Source: an uncultured bacterium
Lineage (GTDB): Bacteria; Acidobacteriota; Vicinamibacteria; Vicinamibacterales; UBA2999
Reading direction: 5' to 3'
Assembly: GCA_963923455.1 (NCBI GenBank)
Contig: CAWULT010000005.1
Coordinates: 3,003 to 67,002 of the forward strand
DNA: 64,000 nucleotides
The notes beneath the pieces were generated by a model. It ran no database searches. It was not told the origin of the DNA and worked only from the letters and a program-made list of their open reading frames with translations. A program made the translations under genes and the position numbers. Shown one piece after another: positions 28,815 through 36,802 of this stretch. How positions within the stretch are numbered: the stretch's first letter is position 1; the number at the start of each line of letters is the position of its first letter.

Positions 28815-30359
28815 GTGACGACGACAATCCCTGAGACGAGTCGGATTCTGGTGATCGGTGGTGGCCCCGCGGGCGCCAGCGCGGCCACGTTGCTGGCGCG
28901 GCAGGGGTACGAGGTGACCGTTTTGGAACGGGACTACTTCCCGCGGTATCACATCGGCGAGTCGCTCCTGCCGTCGGTCCTCGAGATCCTCGATCTGATG
29001 GGGCTGCGCGAGCAGATGGAGAACTCGGGCTTCGTCAAGAAGCACGGTGCCTTCCTCGAGTGGGGGTCGGAGCGCTGGGGGCTGAACTTCGGCGAACTGG
29101 GAGAAGGGCGCACGCACGCCTTCCAGGTGGAGCGGGCAGACTTCGACAAGATGCTGCTCGATCATGCGGCACGCTGTGGCGTCCAGGTGTTCGAAGGCGT
29201 GGAGGTGCAGTCGCTCGAGTGCGACGGTGACCGCCCGCGCGCGGCGAACTGGGCGATGAAGGCGCAGGCCGAGGGGCAGGTCAACGGCCGGGCGCGCGAC
29301 ATCGCGGCGAGCGGCCGCATCGCGTTCGACTACCTGATCGACGCGTCCGGGCGTGCTGGCGTGATGGCGACGAAGTACCTGCAGAACCGCAAGTACCACA
29401 AGATCTTCCAGAACGTCGCCGTGTGGGGTTACTGGAAGGGCACCGATCGGATGGTGACGGGGCGCGAGGGCGACATCGCCGTGGGCTCGGTCGAGAACGG
29501 CTGGATCTGGGCCATTCCGCTGCGGGACGACACGACGAGCGTGGGCCTGGTCATGCACCGCGACACCGTGGTCAAGCGCGGCGCCGCGTCGCTCGAGCAG
29601 CTCTACTTCGACGCCCTCGACGAGTCGCCCATCATCAAGCGCGCCATCGCGCCCGGAAGGCTCGAATCGAAGCTCCACACCGAGCAGGACTACTCCTACG
29701 CGTCACAGGTGTTCAGCGGTCCCGGCTTCTTCATGGCCGGTGACGCGGCGGCCTTCCTCGATCCACTGCTCTCGAGCGGTGTCCACCTGGCAACCTACAG
29801 CGGGCTGCTGGCAGCCGCGTCCATCGGCAGCACGATCCGGGGCGAGGTCGACGAGGCCGAGGCCGCGCAGTTCTTCGAGAAATGCTACCGCCAGGCGTAC
29901 CTGCGCTTCCTGGTGTTCCTGTCGGCCTTCTACGACGTCGGCCGCAAGAAGGAGTCGTACTTCTGGGAAGCGCAGCGCCTGACCGAGGACGACGCCGAGA
30001 CCAAGGACCTCAACGGTGCCTTCCTGAAGCTGGTGACGGGCGTGAAGGACATGGCCGACGCCAAGACCAACGCGCACCGGCTGGTGCTCGACACGATGAC
30101 CAAGCGCATCGACGAGAACCTGAAGTTCCGCAAGGACAAGATGAAGCTCGCCTCGCTCGAGGGCGAGGAAAAGGACAAGGCGAGGGCCAACGCGCGCTTC
30201 TTCAGCTCGGTCGAAGGGCTGTTCGCGCTGAGTGCCGAGGAGGCCATCGAGGGCATCTACGTCGTCACCAGGCCGGTGCTCGGTCTGGCACGGGTCGACC
30301 AGCGCGCGGTCGCAGACGAGGCGCTGGCGGGGGCCGGGCGGGCTGAGGCGGTGCACTGA
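28815..30359 (+). CDS. Flavin-dependent halogenase (CndH/PltA-like, non-tryptophan type)
   Basis: GTG 28815 is preceded by GGGGAGAG. Motifs are ILVIGGGPAG (28857-28874), FPRYHIGESLLP (28938-28973), GWIWAIP = WxWxIP (29499-29519) and FLDPLLSSG = FxxPxxSxG (29754-29780). Confidence 0.8.
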   Translation: MTTTIPETSRILVIGGGPAGASAATLLARQGYEVTVLERDYFPRYHIGESLLPSVLEILDLMGLREQMENSGFVKKHGAFLEWGSERWGLNFGELGEGRTHAFQVERADFDKMLLDHAARCGVQVFEGVEVQSLECDGDRPRAANWAMKAQAEGQVNGRARDIAASGRIAFDYLIDASGRAGVMATKYLQNRKYHKIFQNVAVWGYWKGTDRMVTGREGDIAVGSVENGWIWAIPLRDDTTSVGLVMHRDTVVKRGAASLEQLYFDALDESPIIKRAIAPGRLESKLHTEQDYSYASQVFSGPGFFMAGDAAAFLDPLLSSGVHLATYSGLLAAASIGSTIRGEVDEAEAAQFFEKCYRQAYLRFLVFLSAFYDVGRKKESYFWEAQRLTEDDAETKDLNGAFLKLVTGVKDMADAKTNAHRLVLDTMTKRIDENLKFRKDKMKLASLEGEEKDKARANARFFSSVEGLFALSAEEAIEGIYVVTRPVLGLARVDQRAVADEALAGAGRAEAVH

Positions 30360-30361
30360 CG

Positions 30362-31468
30362 ATGGCCAGGCGGCTGCTGCTGCTGAACGGGGTCGCGATC
30401 ATCTTCGTGATCCTGTTCCACACGACGGGCTACGGCTTCACCGCGCTGTTCTTCTGGGCGCACCGCTACCGTCCCGTCGCCGCGCCGAACTTCGACGCGG
30501 CCGGCACCGCCCCCTATTGGGCTCTCCGGCTGATGGAGGAGCTGGTCTGCGTGGCCATTCCGATCTTCCTGTTCGTCTCCGGCTACTTCGTGTCGGTGAT
30601 GGCCGGGCGGACGCGCGTGGTCGGCGCGGGCACGATGCGCACGCGGATCGCGGCGCTGATACCGCCGTACCTCCTCTGGTCCGGCATCGTGCTGCTGGGC
30701 CTGGCCCTCGAGGGGCGGGTGTATCCACTCAGGCGATACGCGGTGATGCTGGCGACCGGCTCGACTAACCCGAACTACTACTACGTCCCCCTGCTGGTCC
30801 AGCTCTACCTCGTGGCGCCCGTCGTCGTCCGGCTGCTGGCGTGGAACTGGCGGGTGACGCTGGCCGTGACGGGACTCATGCAGGCCTGCGTCTACGGCCT
30901 GCAGTATGCAATCGTGCTGGCGCCACAGAGCCCCACGGTCCTGCTGGCCGCCACCCTGGCGCAGAAGTGGGTCTTCCTCGTGCACCTCTTCTGGTTCACG
31001 TTCGGAGCCTTCGTCGGGCTGGAGGCCCAGCGATTCCGGACGCTGGTCGACCGCGCCCGGCCATTCCTCGTGCCGGCCACGGTCGTCTTCTTCGCGCTGG
31101 GCGTGATCGAGTGGGAGATGCTCCTCGCCTGGTCCGGGCAGCCCTGGACCGAGAACCGGACGACGCTGGTCGACGGCGCCTACTCGGCGTCGTTCCTGAT
31201 GTCGTTCCTGGCGTACGCCGAGATCCCGGCGCCGTGGTCGTCCTGGCTGACGACGCTCGGCAGCCGGTCCTTCGGGATCTACCTGGTACACGGGCTCGTG
31301 ATGGAGTACTTCTCGCGCGGGCTGTATCACCTCGCGCCATGGGCGCTCGGCCGGCAGGCCCTCTTCCTGCCCGCATTGATCGCGGTCGGCATGGCCGTAC
31401 CGCTGATGCTGATGGACGTCGTGAACCGCTCGCCGGCGCGGCGTGCCTATGCGTACGTGTTCGGCTAG
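30362..31468 (+). CDS. Acyltransferase family 3 (AT3, OafA/WecH-like) polytopic membrane O-acyltransferase
   Basis: 368 aa, about 10 TM helices. It begins MARRLLLLNGVAIIFVILFH (conserved His in TM1) and starts 3 nt after the halogenase stop. Confidence 0.8.
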   Translation: MARRLLLLNGVAIIFVILFHTTGYGFTALFFWAHRYRPVAAPNFDAAGTAPYWALRLMEELVCVAIPIFLFVSGYFVSVMAGRTRVVGAGTMRTRIAALIPPYLLWSGIVLLGLALEGRVYPLRRYAVMLATGSTNPNYYYVPLLVQLYLVAPVVVRLLAWNWRVTLAVTGLMQACVYGLQYAIVLAPQSPTVLLAATLAQKWVFLVHLFWFTFGAFVGLEAQRFRTLVDRARPFLVPATVVFFALGVIEWEMLLAWSGQPWTENRTTLVDGAYSASFLMSFLAYAEIPAPWSSWLTTLGSRSFGIYLVHGLVMEYFSRGLYHLAPWALGRQALFLPALIAVGMAVPLMLMDVVNRSPARRAYAYVFG

Positions 31469-31525
31469 CGATCGGTCCGGTGGCGCCCGGAGGGGCGGGG
31501 CCGGCCACGTCGGAGAGGCAGTGAG

Positions 31526-32545
31526 ATGAGCAGGATTCTTGTCACGGGCGGAGCGGGCTTCATCGGGTCGCACGTCGCCGAGGCACTGGTGGCGCGCGGG
31601 CACGACGTGCTCGTGCTGGACGATCTCAGCGGGGGCTTCGAGGAGAACGTGGTCCCCGGCGCACGGTTCGTCGAGGGCAGCATCAACGACGTCGCGCTGG
31701 TCGACCGGCTGTTCGCGCAGCACCGCTTCGAGTACGTGTTCCACCTCGCGGCCTACGCCGCCGAGGGGCTGAGCCACTTCATCAAGCGGTTCAACTACAC
31801 GAACAACCTGATCGGAAGCGTCAACCTGATCAACGCCTCGATCAACACTGGCGTCAGGTGCTTCGTGTTCACGTCGTCAATCGCGGTGTACGGCACCAGC
31901 CCCGAGCTGCCGATGACGGAGGAGACGCCGGCGCGCCCGGAAGATCCCTACGGCATCGCGAAGTATGCCGTCGAGCAGGAGCTGCACGCCTGCAAGGCGA
32001 TGTTCGGCCTCGACTCGATCGTCTTCCGGCCGCACAACGTCTACGGCGAGCGACAGAACATCGGCGACAAGTACCGCAACGTGGTCGGCATCTTCATGAA
32101 CCAGTTGCTGCAGGGCAAGCCGATGAGCGTCTTCGGCGATGGCTCACAGACGCGCGCGTTCAGCTACATCGGCGAGGTGGCACCGATCATCGCCGAGTCG
32201 ATCGACGTGCCAGCCGCCTACAACCAGACGTTCAACATCGGCGCCGATGAACCGTACGCCGTGAAGGACCTGGCCCTGGCCGTCGCCAGGGCGATGGGCG
32301 TGGCGCCGAACATCGCGCACCTGCCGGCCAGGAACGAGGTGCTCGACGCCTACTCGTCGCACGAGAAGGTGTCGCGGGTGTTCGGTCAGCACCGGAAGTA
32401 CTCACTCGACGAGGGCCTGGCGCGCATGGCCGCGTGGGTGAAGCAGCACGGCGCCCGCGCCAGCAGCGAATTCGGCGACATCGAGGTGATGAAGAACTTT
32501 CCCGCGGCCTGGGCGCCATCGGCGACGCCGGCGGCGCGAGGCTGA
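31526..32545 (+). CDS. NAD-dependent sugar-nucleotide epimerase/dehydratase (extended SDR)
   Basis: Motifs are ILVTGGAGFIGSHV and the catalytic PYGIAKYAVE (YxxxK). The RBS GGAGAGG lies upstream. Confidence 0.85.
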   Translation: MSRILVTGGAGFIGSHVAEALVARGHDVLVLDDLSGGFEENVVPGARFVEGSINDVALVDRLFAQHRFEYVFHLAAYAAEGLSHFIKRFNYTNNLIGSVNLINASINTGVRCFVFTSSIAVYGTSPELPMTEETPARPEDPYGIAKYAVEQELHACKAMFGLDSIVFRPHNVYGERQNIGDKYRNVVGIFMNQLLQGKPMSVFGDGSQTRAFSYIGEVAPIIAESIDVPAAYNQTFNIGADEPYAVKDLALAVARAMGVAPNIAHLPARNEVLDAYSSHEKVSRVFGQHRKYSLDEGLARMAAWVKQHGARASSEFGDIEVMKNFPAAWAPSATPAARG

Positions 32546-32562
32546 GGTCCAGGACGCGCAGC

Positions 32563-33468
32563 GTGGCCCAGCCCTTCGTCATCTCGGTCATCCTGAACAC
32601 GAACCGGCGCGACGACACGCTCGAGTGTCTCGCGTCGCTGGTGGCGTCCGACTATGGCCACCACAAGGCGATCGTCCTCGACAACGCCTCGACCGACGGT
32701 TCGGTCGAGGCGATCCGGTCACGGTTCCCGCAGGTCGAGATCGTCCGGTTGACCGATAACCTCGGGTATGCCGGCAACAACAACGTGGGCATCGCGCACG
32801 CGATGGCGCAGGGCGCCGACTGGGTGTTCGTGCTCAACGAGGACACGGTGCTGGCGCCGGACTGCCTGCGCAGGCTCGTCGAGACGGGTGAGGGGGATCC
32901 GCGGATCGGCGTGGTCGGGCCGATGGTGTACCACCACGACGAGCCCGACGTCATCCAGTCCGCTGGCGGCGCCCTGAGCCGCTACTGGAACTCGGTGCAC
33001 ATCGGCCAGAACGTCCGTGACGCCGGGCAGTACGTCCAGCCCCACGACGTCGACTGGATTTCCGGGTGCGCCATCATGGTCCGGCGCGGCGTGATCGACG
33101 CCGTCGGCGTGATCGACGTCCGCTACTTCTACTTCTGGGAGGAAACGGAGTGGTGCATTCGCGCCGGCCGGGCCGGCTGGCGGATCGTCCAGGTGCCGGC
33201 CGCCAGGCTGTGGCACAAGGGCGTGCAGCGCGACTACCGGCCGAAGCCGACCGTGACGTACTACGCCACGCGGAACCGGCTGCTGACGCTGGCGAAGCAC
33301 CGGGCGCCGCTGCACGTGTGGCTGGTCGTCGTGCTGCAGATCGCGCGGACCCTGACCAGTTGGACCGTGAAGCCGAGGTGGCGGGAGATGCGCGAGCACC
33401 GGGCCGCCATGCTGCGCGGCGCCACCGATTTCCTTCGGGCCAGGTGGGGTGGCCCCGTCCGGCTGTGA
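32563..33468 (+). CDS. GT2 glycosyltransferase
   Basis: Probable GTG start at 32563, just downstream of the epimerase stop. Motifs are FVISVILNTNRRDDTLECL, IVLDNASTDGS, NLGYAGNNNVG and YFYFWEETEWCIR. Confidence 0.8.
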   Translation: MAQPFVISVILNTNRRDDTLECLASLVASDYGHHKAIVLDNASTDGSVEAIRSRFPQVEIVRLTDNLGYAGNNNVGIAHAMAQGADWVFVLNEDTVLAPDCLRRLVETGEGDPRIGVVGPMVYHHDEPDVIQSAGGALSRYWNSVHIGQNVRDAGQYVQPHDVDWISGCAIMVRRGVIDAVGVIDVRYFYFWEETEWCIRAGRAGWRIVQVPAARLWHKGVQRDYRPKPTVTYYATRNRLLTLAKHRAPLHVWLVVVLQIARTLTSWTVKPRWREMREHRAAMLRGATDFLRARWGGPVRL

Positions 33469-33493
33469 CCGGACTCGCGGCGATGCACCAGTC

Positions 33494-34348
33494 ATGACTC
33501 CACTTCCGCCCTCGGTCGTCTACACGCCGGGCTCTCAGGTCCGGTCCCCACTGTCGCTGCTCGCGGCGATCTGGCGCGACATGATCGAGTCGCACGAGCT
33601 GTCGTGGCGCCTCTTCGTCCGCGACGTCTCCGCCCAGTACCGCCAGAGCCTGCTCGGCGTCGTCTGGGCGTTCGTGCCGCCGATCGTCACGAGCCTGATC
33701 TTCGTCGTGCTGCAGTCGCGCAACGTCGTGGACTTCGGCGAGGTCGACATCCCGTATCCGGTGTACGTGCTGGTCGGGGCCCTGCTCTGGCAGATGTTCG
33801 TCGAGGCGATCAACGCGCCGCTCAAGACCGTCACGGCCGCCAGGCCGATGCTGGCGAAGATCAACTTCCCCCGGGAGGCGCTCGTCGTCTCCTCGTTCTA
33901 CATGGTGCTCTACGGGGTGGCGATGAAGCTGGTCGTGATCCTGGCGGTCCTGCTGATCTTCGGCGTGCCGTTGCACTGGACGCTGCCGGCGGCGCTCGGA
34001 CCGATCCTGATCCTCGTCTTGTGCGGCCTGTGCCTGGGGCTGCTCGTCACGCCGTTCGGCATGCTCTACGGTGACGTCGCCTCGGGCCTGCCCGTGGCGA
34101 CGCAGGTGCTCTTCTTCGTCACGCCGGTCGTCTACGTGCCGCCGCAGACGTTTCCGTTCTCGCTCATCGGCACCATCAATCCGGTGAGCCCGCCACTGGT
34201 CGCGAGCCGCGACCTGCTGACGAAAGGCGTGCTGACCAACCCCGAGGCCCTGGCCGGACTGACGGGCGTGGTCCTCGTCGGCCTGGCCGTGGCCCTCGTG
34301 ATCTACCGGGCCGCGATGCCGATTCTCATCGAACGGACGAGCGCGTGA
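33494..34348 (+). CDS. ABC-2 type polysaccharide exporter permease (Wzm/KpsM/TagG-like)
   Basis: About 285 aa with about 6 TM helices. It lies immediately upstream of, and overlaps, the ATPase gene. Confidence 0.8.
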   Translation: MTPLPPSVVYTPGSQVRSPLSLLAAIWRDMIESHELSWRLFVRDVSAQYRQSLLGVVWAFVPPIVTSLIFVVLQSRNVVDFGEVDIPYPVYVLVGALLWQMFVEAINAPLKTVTAARPMLAKINFPREALVVSSFYMVLYGVAMKLVVILAVLLIFGVPLHWTLPAALGPILILVLCGLCLGLLVTPFGMLYGDVASGLPVATQVLFFVTPVVYVPPQTFPFSLIGTINPVSPPLVASRDLLTKGVLTNPEALAGLTGVVLVGLAVALVIYRAAMPILIERTSA

Positions 34349-35592
34349 TGCAGGACACGCTGGTGACCGTCGACGGGGTCGGCAAGAAGTTCTGCCGCAG
34401 CCTGAAGCGCTCGCTGTGGTACGGGTTGCAGGACCTCGGGTCCGAGCTGGCCGGCCGCGGCGATCGGCCGCGCGAACTGCGCAAGGGCGAGTTCTGGGCC
34501 GTGAAGGACGTCTCCTTCCGGCTTCACCGCGGCGAAACGCTGGGCCTCATCGGCCACAACGGTGCGGGCAAGACGACCCTGCTCAGGATGCTCACGGGCC
34601 TGATCAAGCCCGATGCGGGGCGCATCGAGGTGGTGGGGCGCCTCCAGGCGCTCATCGCGCTCGGCGCCGGGTTCAACCCGCTGTTGACCGGCCGTGAGAA
34701 CATCTACGTCAACGCGTCGATCCTGGGCATTCCGAAGCAGCAGATCGACCGCATCTTCGACCGCATCGTCGATTTCGCCGGCGTCGAGGAGTTCATCGAC
34801 ATGCCGGTGCAGAGCTACAGCTCCGGCATGGCCGTGCGGCTGGGCTTCTCGATCGCGGCGCACCTTGACCCCGACATTCTGCTCGTGGACGAGGTCCTGT
34901 CGGTCGGCGACCTGGCGTTTCGCACCAAGTGCCAGGTGCGCATCAACGAGATGAAGGAGCGGGGCGTCGCCATCATCCTGGTGTCGCACAACCTCCACAC
35001 CATCAGCCACGTCTGCACGCGCGGCGTGGCGATCGACCGCGGCCGGGTCCTGTTCGACGGTGACACCGAGACCGCGATCGACGTCTATCGTGAGTCGCTG
35101 ATCGCGAGGAACGGCAAGGCCGCGGCCGAGGGGCTCCGCGGCGGGACGGGCGAGATCCGGATCGCCCGCGTCGAGGTGCTCGGCCGCGACGGCACTCCGA
35201 CGCCCGTGCTGGGCGTCGGCGACTTCGTGACGCTGCGGCTGCACTATCACGCGCACCAGCCCGTTGTCGATCCGGTGTTCAACCTGGCGGTGCACGTGCT
35301 GAACGGCAACCAGGTCACCGGCGTTCGCACCGACGTCGACGGGCTGCGCCTCGGGCGCCTCGAGGGCGAGGGATACGTCGACGTCGAGATTCCGCACCTG
35401 AACCTGCTGCCGAACGTGTACACGGTGGACGCGGTGGCGTTTCACGCCGACGGCGTGACCTTCTACGATCGGCTCAACGCCGCCGCGAGCCTCAAGATCC
35501 GGGGCGGGCTGCCCATCAACGGCACGGTCTACCTGCCCCATGAATGGCGGCGTGGAGACGTCCGGCAGGACGCGCTGGCGGGGTCACGCTGA
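34345..35592 (+). CDS. ABC polysaccharide exporter ATPase with a C-terminal extension (Wzt/TagH-like)
   Basis: Walker A is GHNGAGKTTLLRML, the signature is YSSGMAVRLGFS and Walker B is ILLVDEVLSVGD. An extra ~165-aa beta-rich C-terminal domain follows from about 35095, as in Wzt carbohydrate-binding domains. Confidence 0.9.
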   Translation: MMQDTLVTVDGVGKKFCRSLKRSLWYGLQDLGSELAGRGDRPRELRKGEFWAVKDVSFRLHRGETLGLIGHNGAGKTTLLRMLTGLIKPDAGRIEVVGRLQALIALGAGFNPLLTGRENIYVNASILGIPKQQIDRIFDRIVDFAGVEEFIDMPVQSYSSGMAVRLGFSIAAHLDPDILLVDEVLSVGDLAFRTKCQVRINEMKERGVAIILVSHNLHTISHVCTRGVAIDRGRVLFDGDTETAIDVYRESLIARNGKAAAEGLRGGTGEIRIARVEVLGRDGTPTPVLGVGDFVTLRLHYHAHQPVVDPVFNLAVHVLNGNQVTGVRTDVDGLRLGRLEGEGYVDVEIPHLNLLPNVYTVDAVAFHADGVTFYDRLNAAASLKIRGGLPINGTVYLPHEWRRGDVRQDALAGSR

Positions 35593-35593
35593 C

Positions 35594-36802
35594 GTGTCGA
35601 ACGAACCCGTGTTCATCGTGGGCGTCCAGCGGTCGGGCACGACGCTCCTGGCGGCGATGCTGGCCGCGCACAGCCGCCTGAGCTGCGGGCCCGAGACGCA
35701 CTTCTTCCGGCGGCTCGCCGCCGCAGACGTCGCCCGGCTCTGCCAGCGGGCGACGTGGCCGGAGGCGGCCGCGGACTTCCTGGCCTCGATCACCCACGTC
35801 GGCTTCTCGAGCGACGCCCGGGTGCCGCTGCTGGCCAAGTATCAGCTCGATCCGGCCGTGGTCCGCGCGTACCTCGCGGCGCACGAGCCGCGGGTCGCGA
35901 GCATCCTGGGCGCGGTCACCGAGCCGTACATGCTGGCCCGCCAGAAGGCCCGGTGGGTCGAGAAGACGCCCGATCACCTGCTGCACCTGCCGGCGATCCG
36001 CGAGCACTTTCCGCGGTCGCCGATCATCCGCATCGTCCGCGACCCGCGCGACGTGTCGCTGTCCCTGATGAACGTGCCCTGGGGGGTGCGCTCCTTCGCC
36101 GAGGGCCTCTTCTACTGGGAGCGCCTCGACCGCGCGAGCCGGCAGTTCTTCACCACCGACACGGGCTCCCTGACCGTCCGCTTCGAGGACCTGGTGTCGG
36201 CGCCCGAGGCGACGCTGGGCCGCATCTGCGACTTCATCGGCGAGCGCTTCGAGGAGGGGATGCTCGACACGTCGAGCACCGGCGCCGAGATCAACGCCCG
36301 CAACGTGCCGTGGAAGGAGAAGGTCGCCAAGGCCGTCGACCGCAGCCGCGTCGAGGCCTGGCGGGCCAGCGTGTCGCCGCGGGAAGACCGCATGGCCGAG
36401 GCCCTGCTCGGGGACCGGCTGCAGGCGTTCGGGTACGCCCGCGACCATGCCTTCTCGCACGTGGCCGATGTACTGCCGTCGATTGCGCTCGCGGAACGGT
36501 ACCCGGGGGCCATCGAGACCCTCGCCGCAGAGGGCGTCCGGTTCTGGCGTGAGCGTCCGGACGAGCCCACGAGCGTCACGGTGTACCTGGGCGACCCGGG
36601 CAGCCGCGACTGGTTCGGCGGCGCCGCCCCGATCGGCCCGGCGCGTGTCCTCGCAGACGTGGCGCGGGCGGCGGCATCGGGACGACGCCTGTACTGGGTC
36701 ACGGACACGGCCGCGAACCAGTGGACGGGTTCGGTTCCGTTCCTGCTGAAGACGTGTCTCACGCCCTTCCGCGTACAAGGGTGCGCGCCGGTGAGCGCGT
36801 GA
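35594..36802 (+). CDS. PAPS-dependent sulfotransferase
   Basis: GTG 35594 lies 1 nt after the wzt-like stop (alternative ATG at 35540). The 5'-PSB-like motif is FIVGVQRSGTTLLAAML and the 3'-PB-like motif is IIRIVRDPRDVSLSL. Confidence 0.8.
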   Translation: MSNEPVFIVGVQRSGTTLLAAMLAAHSRLSCGPETHFFRRLAAADVARLCQRATWPEAAADFLASITHVGFSSDARVPLLAKYQLDPAVVRAYLAAHEPRVASILGAVTEPYMLARQKARWVEKTPDHLLHLPAIREHFPRSPIIRIVRDPRDVSLSLMNVPWGVRSFAEGLFYWERLDRASRQFFTTDTGSLTVRFEDLVSAPEATLGRICDFIGERFEEGMLDTSSTGAEINARNVPWKEKVAKAVDRSRVEAWRASVSPREDRMAEALLGDRLQAFGYARDHAFSHVADVLPSIALAERYPGAIETLAAEGVRFWRERPDEPTSVTVYLGDPGSRDWFGGAAPIGPARVLADVARAAASGRRLYWVTDTAANQWTGSVPFLLKTCLTPFRVQGCAPVSA

